From the NCBI GenBank assembly GCA_963789955.1, contig CAWBMV010000037.1, forward strand, positions 32,001 through 96,000: DNA of 64,000 bases, in the 5' to 3' direction. Source of the stretch: an uncultured Candidatus Rokubacteria bacterium. Lineage in GTDB: Bacteria; Methylomirabilota; Methylomirabilia; Rokubacteriales; CSP1-6. Below the pieces are notes generated by a model. The model was not told the origin of the DNA. It searched no databases and saw only the letters and a list, made by a program, of their open reading frames with translations. The translations under genes and the position numbers were made by a program. Below, piece after piece: positions 41,890 to 52,136 of this stretch. Within the stretch, counting starts at the first letter, position 1; every line of letters starts with the position of its first letter.

Positions 41890-42709
41890 CGTTCGCTTTC
41901 GATTTCAGGTTCAGCAACAGATTCGCGCTGCCGGACTGGAAGCCGGCGAGGTCGAGCGTCACGTAGATGTAGCCGAGCTCGCGCAGGCGCGTCACGATCG
42001 TGTCGTGCAGGTCGCCCTCCCAGAGCCTGGCCATCTCGGCCCGGTCGATCTCGAGGCGCGCCAGGCGATCGTGGTGGCGCACCCGGAACTGGCGAAAGCC
42101 GAGCGAGCGGATGAACGCCTCGGCGGCGTCGACCTGGCGGAGCTTCTCGGGCGTGATCCGGTCGCCGTACTGGAAGCGCGAGGACAGGCACGCGAACGAG
42201 GGCTTGTCCCACGTGGGCAGGCCGAGCTCGCGCGAGAGCGTCCGGATCTCTTCCTTCCACAGCTCGGCCTCGATCAAGGGCGCGCGCACGCCCCGCTCCT
42301 TCGCGGCCTTCATGCCCGGGCGGTGGTCGCCGCGGTCGTCCATGTTGGCGCCGTAGACGAGCGCGCGGCAGCCCTCGCGCGCGGCGATGGGCTCGAGCTT
42401 GAGGAAGAGCTCTTCCTTGCAGAAGAAGCAGCGATTCGTCGGATTGCGCGCGTAGTCCGGGTTCTGGAGCTCGTCGGTCCGGACGATCAGGTGACGCATG
42501 CCCAGGAGCTCGCCGAGGCGCCGGGCCTCGTCGAGCTCACTGGCCGGATAGGTCTCGGAATCCGCCGTCACGAGCAGCGCGTGGGCGCCGAGGGCGTCCT
42601 TCGCGGCGCGCGCGAGCAAGGTCGAGTCGACGCCGCCCGAGAACGCGACCACCACGCTCTCCATCTCGCGGAGCACGTCGACCAGACGATCGTACTTGGC
42701 CTGCGTCAT
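41882..42709 (-). CDS. larE: ATP-dependent sulfur transferase
   Basis: PP-loop AFSGGVDS, RCFFCK, RPGMKA, KPSFACLSSRF. Confidence 0.95.
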   Translation of the reverse strand: MTQAKYDRLVDVLREMESVVVAFSGGVDSTLLARAAKDALGAHALLVTADSETYPASELDEARRLGELLGMRHLIVRTDELQNPDYARNPTNRCFFCKEELFLKLEPIAAREGCRALVYGANMDDRGDHRPGMKAAKERGVRAPLIEAELWKEEIRTLSRELGLPTWDKPSFACLSSRFQYGDRITPEKLRQVDAAEAFIRSLGFRQFRVRHHDRLARLEIDRAEMARLWEGDLHDTIVTRLRELGYIYVTLDLAGFQSGSANLLLNLKSKANGG

Positions 42710-42714
42710 CGTGC

Positions 42715-43626
42715 TCAGGGCTCGACCCGGATCAGGTCGTGGAACGCCGTGTAGCGCTCGGCGATGTCGTTGGGCGACAGCCGCGTGAGCCGCTTGAGCG
42801 AGAAGTCCTCGACGGTGAACGACGCCATCACCGAGCCGTAGACGATCGCGCGCCGCATCGCGGCGGCGTCGATCCGGTCCTGCGCCGCGAGATAGCCCAT
42901 GAATCCGCCCGCGAACGTGTCGCCGGCGCCGGTCGGGTCGTAGACCGATTCCAGCGGATAGGCCGGCACGAAGAAGAGCCGGTCCTCGGTGCTGAGCAGC
43001 GCGCCGTACTCGCCGCGCTTGACGACGACGGTCTTCGGTCCCATCGCCGAGATGGCCCGCGCCGCGCGGATCAGGTTCGGCTCGCTGGCGAGCTGCCGCG
43101 CCTCGCCGTCGTTCACGGTGACGACGTCCACCTCGGCCAGGACCTTGCGCAGCGCCTCGCGCTTGCCCTGGATCCAGAAGTTCATCGTGTCCAGGGCGAC
43201 CAGCTTCGGGCGCTCCTTCATCTGGCGGAGCACGTCGAGCTGGAGCTCGGGATCGATGTTCGCCAGGAACAGGAAGGGCGTTCGCCCCGATACGTCGTTC
43301 AGCACCGGGCGAAATTCGGCGAAGACGTTCAGCTGGGTCTCGAGGGTCTTGGCCTCGTTCAGGTCGTAGCCGTACTGGCCCGTCCACCGGAAGGTGCGGC
43401 CCTTGGAAGTCTGAAGTCCCCCGATGTCCACGCCGCGATCCGCGAGAAGCTTCAGATGCGCCTCGGGAAAATCCTCGCCGACCGTCGCCACCAGGTGCAC
43501 GGCGGTGAAGAAGCTCGCCGAGTAGGAGAAGTAGGTCGCGGAGCCGCCGAGTGCTTCCTGCACCTTGCCGAAGGGCGTCTCGACGCTGTCCAGCGCAACC
43601 GAGCCGACGACCAGGAGATCGCTCAT
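42715..43626 (-). CDS. PfkB-family carbohydrate/nucleoside kinase
   Basis: VVGSVALDSVETP, GGSATY, DPTGAGDTFAGG. Confidence 0.93.
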   Translation of the reverse strand: MSDLLVVGSVALDSVETPFGKVQEALGGSATYFSYSASFFTAVHLVATVGEDFPEAHLKLLADRGVDIGGLQTSKGRTFRWTGQYGYDLNEAKTLETQLNVFAEFRPVLNDVSGRTPFLFLANIDPELQLDVLRQMKERPKLVALDTMNFWIQGKREALRKVLAEVDVVTVNDGEARQLASEPNLIRAARAISAMGPKTVVVKRGEYGALLSTEDRLFFVPAYPLESVYDPTGAGDTFAGGFMGYLAAQDRIDAAAMRRAIVYGSVMASFTVEDFSLKRLTRLSPNDIAERYTAFHDLIRVEP

Positions 43627-44585
43627 TGTAGCGGGGTCCTTGAGGCCGGCCTCGACCGAGGGTGGCCTGCCGTGGGTGCACGCCGGCTCCGCTCGCGCGG
43701 AACACGGTTCCGGCCGCGCGGAAAGTAGTTGTCGAGGAAGAGCGCCAGTTTCTTGCGCGTCGCCGGCGGGAAGGACGTCGGGTTGGTGATGACGGCGTTC
43801 TTGAGAAGGCTCGGGCACTCGCAGCCGCGCGGCGGCGCGATCGCGGGGATCACCCGGCGCAGGACGTCCTTGGCGGTCGCGACGTTCTTCAAGAGATTCT
43901 GGACGACCGCCTCGACCGAGACCGCTTCGTGCGTCTCGTGCCAGACGTCGTAGTCCGTGGCGAGCGCCAGGGTCGCGTAGCAAAGCTCGGCCTCTCGCGC
44001 GAGCTTCGCCTCGGGCATGTTGGTCATCCCGATGACGTCCACGCCCCAGCTCCGATAGATGCGCGACTCCGCCCTGGTCGAGAACTGCGGCCCCTCGATG
44101 CAGATGTAGGTGCCGCCGCGGTGCACGGTCGCGCTCGTCTGGCGCGCCGCCTTCTCGAGCGCGCCCGCGAGGTCGGGGCACACCGGCTCGGCCATGCCCA
44201 CGTGGGCGACGATGCCGTCGCCGAAGAACGAGGAGACGCGCCGCTTGGTCGCGTCGAAGAACTGGTCCGGGACGACGAGGTCGAGCGGCCGGATCGCTTC
44301 CTTCATGCTGCCGACCGCCGAGATCGAGATGACCCACTGCGCACCGAGGAAGCGAAACCCCCAGATGTTCGCGCGGAAGTTCAGCTCGCTCGGCGTCACC
44401 CGATGGCCGCGACCGTGCCGCGGCAGGAAGATCACCCGCTTGCCGGCGAACCGGCCGACACAGTACGCGTCCGACGGCGCGCCGAACGGCGTCTGGACCT
44501 TCTGCCACTTGACGTCGGTCAGCCCCTCGAGCTCGTAGAGGCCGCTTCCGCCGATGATGCCGATCGCGGGCTCGCTCGCCTTCAT
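43623..44585 (-). CDS. mtnP: S-methyl-5'-thioadenosine phosphorylase
   Basis: IGIIGGSGLY, RHGRGH, EGPQFSTRAES, GMTNMPEAKLAREAE, TDYD. Confidence 0.95.
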   Translation of the reverse strand: MKASEPAIGIIGGSGLYELEGLTDVKWQKVQTPFGAPSDAYCVGRFAGKRVIFLPRHGRGHRVTPSELNFRANIWGFRFLGAQWVISISAVGSMKEAIRPLDLVVPDQFFDATKRRVSSFFGDGIVAHVGMAEPVCPDLAGALEKAARQTSATVHRGGTYICIEGPQFSTRAESRIYRSWGVDVIGMTNMPEAKLAREAELCYATLALATDYDVWHETHEAVSVEAVVQNLLKNVATAKDVLRRVIPAIAPPRGCECPSLLKNAVITNPTSFPPATRKKLALFLDNYFPRGRNRVPRERSRRAPTAGHPRSRPASRTPLQ

Positions 44586-45916
44586 CGATCGCTCGGCCCC
44601 GCTTCGAGCTCGCCGATCGGCCGATCGTCCTGAACTCCGGTGACGCGAATCGTGGTGAGCGTCCGCACGAGCCGCGGCGGACCGGAGAAGACCGCCTCGA
44701 CGAAGTTGCCGGTGAGTCCCACGAGCCTGCCGGTGGCGCGGTCCGGGGTCTCGAGCACCAGCACGTCCTCGACGTGACCGATGAGTCCGCGCCGGAACGC
44801 GTCGCTCTTGGCGCGACCGATGTCTCTGAGGATAGCGCTGCGTCGCGTCGTCACGCGCGAATCAAGCTGGCCCGGGAGCCGGGTGGCCTCGGTGCCCGCG
44901 CGCGCCGAGTAGGGAAAGACGTGCAGGTACGAGAACGGCAAGTCGCGTACGTAGGCGACGGTCTCGGCGAACTCGGCCTCGGTCTCGCCCGGAAAGCCCG
45001 CGATGACGTCGGCGCCGAGACCGAGCCGCGGCCGCACGGCCGCCAGGCGCTCGACCAGGGCTCGGTACATCCGCGTGTTGTACGGACGCCGCATCGCCTT
45101 CAGCACCCGATCGCTCCCGCTCTGCAGCGGGATATGGAAGTGAGGCACCACGACCGGCGACGAGGTCGCGATCTCCAGCAGCTCCGGCGTGAAGTACGCC
45201 GGGAGCAGGGACGACAAGCGCACCCAGCGCAGGCCGGGGATGTCGCCGAGGGATCGCACCAGCTCCGCCAGGCTCGTGCGCGGGACGAGATCGGCGCCGT
45301 AGTGTCCGAGGTCCACGCCGGTCAGCACGATCTCCGGGTGTCCGGCCTCGACGAGCTGACGGGCCTGATCGAGGACGACCTTGGGCTCGAGACTGCGACT
45401 GGAGCCGCGCGCCAGCGGCACGACACAGAACGCGCAGCGATGCTGGCAGCCGTCCTGAACCTTCAGGAACGCGCGCGACCGGCCGCCGAGCCGAGCGGCG
45501 GGTGTCACCTCGACCGCCCGCACCTCGCCGATATCCGAGACCTGCACACGCTCGGCACCGACTCGGTCGAGCAGCTCGGGCAGGCGATGCTTGTCCGCGT
45601 TGCCGACCACGAGATCGACGTCCGCCAGGCCGGCGACCTCACCCGGGCTCGTCTGCGCCCAGCAACCGGTCACGACCAGCTTCGCCCGCGGACTCACCCG
45701 TGCGGCGCGGCGGATGGTCCGGCGGTCCGACAGCTCGGCGCGCGCGGTGACCGTGCACGTGTTGACGACGACCACGTCCGCGGGCTCGTCGAAGCCGACG
45801 GTGCGGAACCCGCGCGCTTCGAGCATGGTCTGGATCTGCTGCGTGTCGACCTGGTTGAGCCGGCAGCCGAGGGTCGCGAACGAGACGGTCCGGGCCGCGT
45901 TCACCTCAGCTGGCAC
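44582..45916 (-). CDS. mtaB: tRNA t6A37 methylthiotransferase
   Basis: TLGCRLNQ, NTCTVT, SRAFLKVQDGCQHRCAFC, HVFPYS. Confidence 0.92.
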   Translation of the reverse strand: MPAEVNAARTVSFATLGCRLNQVDTQQIQTMLEARGFRTVGFDEPADVVVVNTCTVTARAELSDRRTIRRAARVSPRAKLVVTGCWAQTSPGEVAGLADVDLVVGNADKHRLPELLDRVGAERVQVSDIGEVRAVEVTPAARLGGRSRAFLKVQDGCQHRCAFCVVPLARGSSRSLEPKVVLDQARQLVEAGHPEIVLTGVDLGHYGADLVPRTSLAELVRSLGDIPGLRWVRLSSLLPAYFTPELLEIATSSPVVVPHFHIPLQSGSDRVLKAMRRPYNTRMYRALVERLAAVRPRLGLGADVIAGFPGETEAEFAETVAYVRDLPFSYLHVFPYSARAGTEATRLPGQLDSRVTTRRSAILRDIGRAKSDAFRRGLIGHVEDVLVLETPDRATGRLVGLTGNFVEAVFSGPPRLVRTLTTIRVTGVQDDRPIGELEAGPSDR

Positions 45917-46961
45917 TCGCGCTCGCCACCGCCGACGGCTCCCGGAGCTGACCGCAGGCGGCTCCGATGTCCTCGCCCTTGCTCCACCGCACCGTCGTCG
46001 TGAGGCCGGCGTCCAGCAAGACCGACTGAAACGCGAGGATCCGGGCGAGTGGCGGCCGCCGGAACCGCGCGCCCTCCCAGTCGTTGAACGGGATCAGGTT
46101 GACCTTGGCCTTGACGCCGCGAAGCAGCCGCACCAGACGCTGGGCATCGTCGACCGTATCGTTGACGTCCTCGAGCATGACGTACTCGAAGAACACGCGC
46201 TGGCGCGAGGCGAGCGGGTATCGCTTCACGGCGCCCATCAGCGCGGCGAGATCGAAGGACCGGTTCACGGGCATGAGCCGCCCGCGAACGTCGTCGGTCG
46301 TCGCGTGAAGCGAGATCGCCAGATTCACTTTCAGATCCTCGCGGCCGAGCTTGTCGATCCCGGGCACGAGCCCGACCGTCGAGACCGTGATCCGGCGAGG
46401 CGAGTAGCCGACGCCGAGCTTCGGGTCGATGAGGATCCTGATCGCCTTGACCAGCGCCGCGTAGTTCGCGAGCGGCTCGCCCATGCCCATGAAGACGATG
46501 TGCGTCGCCCGCCGGCCTTCTTCGAGAAGACGGTTGGCCGCGATGATCTGGCCGACGATCTCGCCCGCGGTCAGATTGCGCTCGAGCCCCATGACGCCCG
46601 TCAGGCAAAAGCCGCACGCGAAACCGCAGCCGACCTGCGTCGACACGCACAGGGTGATCCGCTCGTCGTCCGGCATCAGCACCGAGCTGATCCGGCTCCC
46701 GCCGTCCAGCACGTAGACCAGCTTGCGGCTCCCGTCCGCCGACGGCATCTCGCGCTCGAGCTCGGCCACCTCGACCACGGCCCGCTCGGCGAGCGCCTGG
46801 CGGAAGTCCTTCGGCAGGTCGCTCATGGCGTCCAGATCGAAGACCGACTTGCGATACATCCAGGTCGCGAGCTGGCGGCCGCGATAGCGCGACGCGCCGA
46901 GCTCGACGGCGAGGTCCTCGAGCTCGGAAGGCAATAGCCCGACGAGGTTTACGCGCGACAT
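45906..46961 (-). CDS. rlmN: 23S rRNA/tRNA m2A methyltransferase (radical SAM)
   Basis: CVSTQVGCGFACGFC, FMGMGEP, VNLIPFN, DIGAACGQL. Confidence 0.96.
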   Translation of the reverse strand: MSRVNLVGLLPSELEDLAVELGASRYRGRQLATWMYRKSVFDLDAMSDLPKDFRQALAERAVVEVAELEREMPSADGSRKLVYVLDGGSRISSVLMPDDERITLCVSTQVGCGFACGFCLTGVMGLERNLTAGEIVGQIIAANRLLEEGRRATHIVFMGMGEPLANYAALVKAIRILIDPKLGVGYSPRRITVSTVGLVPGIDKLGREDLKVNLAISLHATTDDVRGRLMPVNRSFDLAALMGAVKRYPLASRQRVFFEYVMLEDVNDTVDDAQRLVRLLRGVKAKVNLIPFNDWEGARFRRPPLARILAFQSVLLDAGLTTTVRWSKGEDIGAACGQLREPSAVASASAS

Positions 46962-47095
46962 GAAGTGGAGGATATCACGGCCATCGCGGCGGAGCTTTTG
47001 CCGCAGCCGCGTGCAGACGGTTGTCCACCAATACTGTGGCCGAGTCGTGGATAACCGTGTGCGTGGCGGGTTCGCGCGAGCGGCTTTTCAGCCGC

Positions 47096-49062
47096 TTAGA
47101 CCACCTCGCTCATTCGATGAGCACGTCCGACCCGGACAGCAGCGACGTCGATCTGACGGGGGAGCCCGAAGAGCCTGAGCCGGTCGCCCCGGCGCAGCAC
47201 CGTGTCGGCAGTCGGATCCGCCACCACCTCACCGGTCGCGCGAGTCACGCTGACGACGGTGACCCCGAAACGCTCGCGCATCCGCGCTTCGCCCAGCGAC
47301 TGGTCCATGAGGTGGCCGCCCCGGAGACTGATCTCACGAAGCTGCGGCAGCCCCGTCCCCGCCTCCTCGGCCTTGGACGCGCTCCATCGTGCCGCGATAG
47401 CGGTTGAGATACGCCAGCACGCGCTCGCGCGGCAGCGAGAGCCGCTCGAGGGCGTGACGGATCAGGGTCGACGCCGCCTCTTCCTCCGGCTGGATCACCT
47501 CGGCGGCGCCTGCCTCGAGGAGCCGGGCGCGCCAGGCGAGATCGTACACGCGCGCCAGGATCTGGACGGTCGGGTTGAAGGCGCGAATGCGGCGCACGGC
47601 CTGCCGGGCGCGATCGTTCTCCGGAATCGCCAGGATCACGAGCGCGGCGTGGTTGGCCTGGGCGGCCGCCAGGATGACCCGCTGTGCCGCGTCGCCGAAC
47701 ACGGCGGGCACGTTCCGGGCGCGCAGGCTCTTCACGATGTCCGGATCGCTCTCGATCGCGATGTAGGGCACGCCGAACGTCTCGAGCGCCTCACCGATCG
47801 CGCTGCCCACGCGGCCGAATCCGCACAGGACGACGTGGCCCTCGAGCGCTCCGCACCGACGGCAGCCCGAGCGCCGGCGCCCGGCGCTGGTCGAATCGTG
47901 CCGGACCGATCCAGCGCGGGACCATCCGGACGAGCGCCGCGTTGATCAAGATCGTCACGAGCGAGGCGGCCAGGGTGGCGCTGTAGACGTCCGCGCCGAC
48001 GTGGCCGGCCTGGCGCGCCACCTGCACCAGGATGAACGAGAACTCGCCGATCTGGGCCAGGCCGACGCCCACCAGGATCGCCGTCGACAGCGGCTCCCGG
48101 AAGATCAGGCTCACCACCGTCCAGATCGCCCACTGGCCGATCACGACCAGCCCGACCAGCACACCGAGCAGCGGGAGGTTGTCGACCGACCACGCGCAGG
48201 TCGATGAGGACGCCGACGGTCACGAAGAAGAGCGCGACGAACGCGTCGCGCAGCGGACAGCATGCGGGCGAGCATCTCGTGGGCGTAGTCGGACTGGTTG
48301 ATGAGGAGCCCGGCCAGGAACGCGCCGAGCGCCAGCGAGAGACCGACCGCCTGCGTGACCGCGGCCGCACCGAGCCCGACCGCGAGCGTCACGAGCAGGA
48401 AGAGCTCTTCGTTCCGCGTGCGCGCCACGCGCGCCAGCACTTGCGGGAGGATGCGCGAGGCGAGGTAGAAGAACGGCACCAGGATCGCGGCCGCCGTCAG
48501 CAAGGCCTTCGCGACCGCCAGGACCCGGTCGCCCTGCAAGGTCCCGAGCGCCGGGATCAGAATGATCAGGACGACGGCGGCCAGGTCCTCGACGAGCGTG
48601 ATCCCGATCATGATGCGGCCGTGGCGGCTGTGGAGCTCGCCGCGATCCAGGAGCAATCGCGCGAGCACCATCGTGCTGGCCGGCGAGACGACCATGCCGA
48701 TGACCGCGCCCGTGACCGGGCTCCAGCCGAGCAGGCTGCCGACGACGACGCCCATGGCCGTCGACAGGACGATGCCGATCGGGCCGCCGACGAGCGCGAT
48801 CCACTTCACGCCCATCAGGTCCTTGAGCGAGAACTCGATCCCGAGCGAGAACATGAGCAGCACGACGCCGATCTCCGCGAAGAGCTCGAACGTGTGGATG
48901 TCGGAGACGGAGGGCCCGGGCGTCAACGGGCTGATGAGAAGCCCGCCGATGACGTAGCCGAGAATCAGCGGCTGACGCGCCAGCCACGCGAGCGACCCGC
49001 CGAGGATCGCGGCCACGAAGACGTAGGCGAGGTCTCGTGAAGAGGATGGGATCGGCGTTCAC
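47096..49062 (-). CDS. CPA2 cation:proton antiporter with TrkA_N and TrkA_C domains; several apparent frameshifts
   Basis: AEIGVVLLMFSLGIEFS, LGAFLAG, LAQIGEFSF, VFGDAA, RRGDRL across frames. Confidence 0.9.
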
Positions 49063-50319
49063 GCGCTCACCGCCAGATACAGATCGAGCAGGTTCGTCCG
49101 AGTCGGCCCGGAGACCACCAGGTCACCGCTCGCCCGCAGAAACGCATACGCGTCATTGTCGCCGAGCGCGCGCCGGGCGTCCGCTCCGGCGGCGGCGCCA
49201 CGCTCGAGGCTGCCGGCGTCCACGATCGCGCCCGTCGCGTCGGTCGGGCCGTCGGTCCCGTCGGTGCCGGCGGCGAGGATGGTGATGCGGTCGGACGGCC
49301 GGAGCTCGAGCGCCGCGGCGAGCGCGAACTCCTGGCAGCGCCCGCCCTTCCCCTTTCCCCGGACGGTCACGGTCGTCTCGCCGCCGGCGACGAGGCACGC
49401 GGGCGGCGCGAGCCCGCGCGCGCGCGCGACGAAATCCCGCGCGACGTCGCGGGCCTCGCCCTGAAGCTCGCGCGTCATGAAGTCGGTCCGAAAGCCCAGG
49501 CGCCTCGCCGTCGCGACCGCCGCGTCGGTGACGAGCGCGTTGTTGCCGATGACGACGTTCTCGACGCGGTCGAAGAGCGGATCATGCGGCTTCGGCGTCT
49601 CCGCGATCTCACCCGCGCGGCCGGCCTCGAGCCGCCGCATGATCGCGCTCGGCGACGCGCGCCGCGACACCGCGCCGCGCGAGCACCTCGAGCGCGTCGG
49701 CGAACGTGCTCGGGTCGGGCGCCGTCGGCCCGGAGGCGATCACGTCGAGCGGGTCGCCGATCACGTCCGACAGCGCGAGCGTGAGCACCGTGGCCGGCCA
49801 GGCGGCGCGGGCGAGCTGACCGCCCTTGAAGAGCGACAGATGCTTGCGCACGGCGTTGAGCTCGCCGATGGTCGCGCCGGAGGCCAGGAGAAGGCGCGTG
49901 AGCTCCTGCTTCTCGGCGAGCGTGATCGGCGGCGCCGGCGCCGGCGTCAACGCGGAGCCGCCGCCCGAGACGAGGAACAGGACCAGGTCGTTCTCACCCG
50001 CGCGTCGCGCGACTTCGAGGAGCCGGGCCGAGGCCGCCAGCCCGCGCGCGTCGGGCACCGGATGGCCCGCTTCGGCGATGTCGACGCGCCGCAGGGGTGC
50101 CGCGTAGCCGTCCTTGACGACGACGAAGCCGCCCGCGACCCGATCACCGACGACCTCTTCGGCCGCGGCCGCCATCGCGCCGCTGGCCTTGCCGGCGCCG
50201 AGGAGAAAGACGCGCGCGTGGCGGCGATCGAGGCGAAGGTGGGATCGGACGAGCGGCGTCACGTCGCCCGCCGCCAGCGCCGCGTCCCAGATGGCGCGTA
50301 GGGCGTCGCGCGGGGTCAC
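49059..50319 (-). CDS. Glycerate 2-kinase (DUF4147/MOFRL); apparent frameshift near 49660
   Basis: GAGKAS, AGHPVPD, SGGGSAL, SDVIGD, GGETTV, GTDGTDG, GPTRTN. Confidence 0.92.
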
Positions 50320-51482
50320 GAGCCGAGCTTGAGGAGACGCTCTCCCGCATCCCGAAGCATGTCGTCGGTCTTCGGGAAGCAGAACCGGATCTTGGTGCGA
50401 CCGAGCTCGGTGTGGGCGTAGAACGACGAGCCCGGCACGGTCGCCACGCCCACGTTCTTGATGAGCCACATCGCGAACGCGGTGTCGTCGGGGACGTCGT
50501 ACCGCTTCATGAAGTGGGCGACGTCCGTCAGGATGTAGTAAGCGCCCCGCGGCTTCCACGCCACGAACCCGGCCTTCTCGATGTAGCCCCACAGGAGGTC
50601 GCGGCGCGCCTGGTAGGCCTCGCGAAGGCGGACGTAGTAGGAATCGGGCAGTCCGAGCGCCGTGACCGCCGCCTCCTGCAACGGATGCGGCGCGCCGACC
50701 GTCACGAAGTCGTGAGCGCGCCGGATGCCGATCGCCAGCTCGGGCGGCGCGATCGCGTAGCCGACCCGCCAGCCCGTCACCGAGTACGACTTCGAGATGC
50801 CGGAGATCGTGATGGTGCGCTCGGCCATGCCGGGCAAGGTGGCGATCGGCGTGTGGCCGAGACCGTCGTAGACGATGTGCTCGTAGATCTCGTCGGTGAT
50901 GGCCAGCAGATCGTGCTCGAGACAGAGATCCGCGATGATCTGGAGCTCCTGCCGCGAGAAGACTTTGCCCGTCGGATTGTTCGGGCTGTTGAAGATGATC
51001 GCGCGCGTGCGGGGCGTCACGGCCCGGCGCAGCCGATCAGGATCGAACGTGAAGTCCGGCGGCTCGAGCGGCACGAAGCAGGGCTGGGCGCCCGAGATGA
51101 TGCAGCCCGGTCCGTAGTTCTCGTAGAACGGCTCGAAGATGATGACCTCGTCGCCCGGGTTCAGCACGGCCAGCAGGGTCGACAGCATGGTCTCGGTCGA
51201 GCCGCAGCAGATCGTCACGTGACGGTCGGGCTCGACCTCCATGCGGTAGAACTTGCGGTACTTCTCGGCGATCGCCTGCCGCAGGCGCGGCGTGCCCCAC
51301 GTGATCGCGTACTGGTGGAAGTCGCCGTCGATCGCGCGGTGCGCCGCCTCGATGAGCTCGGGCGGCGGCGGGAAGTTCGGCATGCCCTGCGCCAGGTTCA
51401 CGCCGCCGAGCTGGTCGACGACGCGGGTCATCTCGCGGATGACCGACTCGGTGAACCCCTGAACGCGGCGGGAGATCTGCAT
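50316..51482 (-). CDS. PLP-dependent aminotransferase class I/II
   Basis: VNLAQG, NSPNNPTGK, DEIYE, SKSYSVTGWRVG. Confidence 0.93.
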   Translation of the reverse strand: MQISRRVQGFTESVIREMTRVVDQLGGVNLAQGMPNFPPPPELIEAAHRAIDGDFHQYAITWGTPRLRQAIAEKYRKFYRMEVEPDRHVTICCGSTETMLSTLLAVLNPGDEVIIFEPFYENYGPGCIISGAQPCFVPLEPPDFTFDPDRLRRAVTPRTRAIIFNSPNNPTGKVFSRQELQIIADLCLEHDLLAITDEIYEHIVYDGLGHTPIATLPGMAERTITISGISKSYSVTGWRVGYAIAPPELAIGIRRAHDFVTVGAPHPLQEAAVTALGLPDSYYVRLREAYQARRDLLWGYIEKAGFVAWKPRGAYYILTDVAHFMKRYDVPDDTAFAMWLIKNVGVATVPGSSFYAHTELGRTKIRFCFPKTDDMLRDAGERLLKLGS

Positions 51483-51491
51483 TGGATCAGA

Positions 51492-51556
51492 TGGGGGGCC
51501 GCGACGGGCCCCCCAAGCCCCCCGCGCTCGGAGGCGCCCCGGCGTCGCCGGGGCGC
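51492..51556. repeat. Intergenic double hairpin (REP-like)
   Basis: TGGGGGGCC-6nt-GGCCCCCCA (51492-51515) and GCGCCCCGGCG-T-CGCCGGGGCGC (51534-51556). Confidence 0.75.
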
Positions 51557-51589
51557 TCCTCGAGGTCGCTTCCTGGGGCCGCGCTGTCA

Positions 51590-51832
51590 TTACGGGACGA
51601 TGACGTCACGCTCGATCGGGTCGACCTGGACGCCCTTGTCCTTGAGCCACGCGACGCCGCGCTCGAGCACCCGCTCGTCGCCTTCCAGCTCCAGCGCCAT
51701 CCAGCCGTGGTCGGCCTTCACGTCGGCGCGGCGGATGTTGATGACGATGTCGAAGTCCTTCACGAGCCGGTAGACGATCGGCTCCTGGATGAGCGCCGAG
51801 GGGAAGGTCAGGCGGACACGCATTCGGGCCAT
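51590..51832 (-). CDS. Stand-alone NIL domain protein
   Basis: VRLTFP...EPIVYRLVKDFDIVINIRRADV...GWMALELEG. Confidence 0.88.
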   Translation of the reverse strand: MARMRVRLTFPSALIQEPIVYRLVKDFDIVINIRRADVKADHGWMALELEGDERVLERGVAWLKDKGVQVDPIERDVIVP

Positions 51833-51849
51833 CGTGAGCACCGAGCGCG

Positions 51850-52125
51850 CTACCCTCCCGCGATCGCGGGAACGATCGACACTTCGTCACCGTCCTTCAG
51901 CGCGGTCTTCTTGGCCTGGAGGAACCGGATGTCCTCCTGGTTGACGTAGATATTGATGAAGCGGCGCAGCTCCCCGGCCTCGTCGAGCAGGCGGTCCTTC
52001 AGGCCCGGGTACTGCCGCTCGAGATCTCCGATGAGGCTGTCGACCGTCTCGCCCTTGGCCTGGATCTCGGCGCTGCCCTTCGTCAGGGTGCGCAATGGGG
52101 TGGGAATCCGTACGAGCACCGGCAT
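51850..52125 (-). CDS. MoaD/ThiS-family ubiquitin-like sulfur carrier
   Basis: VRIPTPLR...INIYVNQEDIR...VPAIAGG C-terminal GG. Confidence 0.93.
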   Translation of the reverse strand: MPVLVRIPTPLRTLTKGSAEIQAKGETVDSLIGDLERQYPGLKDRLLDEAGELRRFINIYVNQEDIRFLQAKKTALKDGDEVSIVPAIAGG

Positions 52126-52136
52126 TCGAGTTCCTC

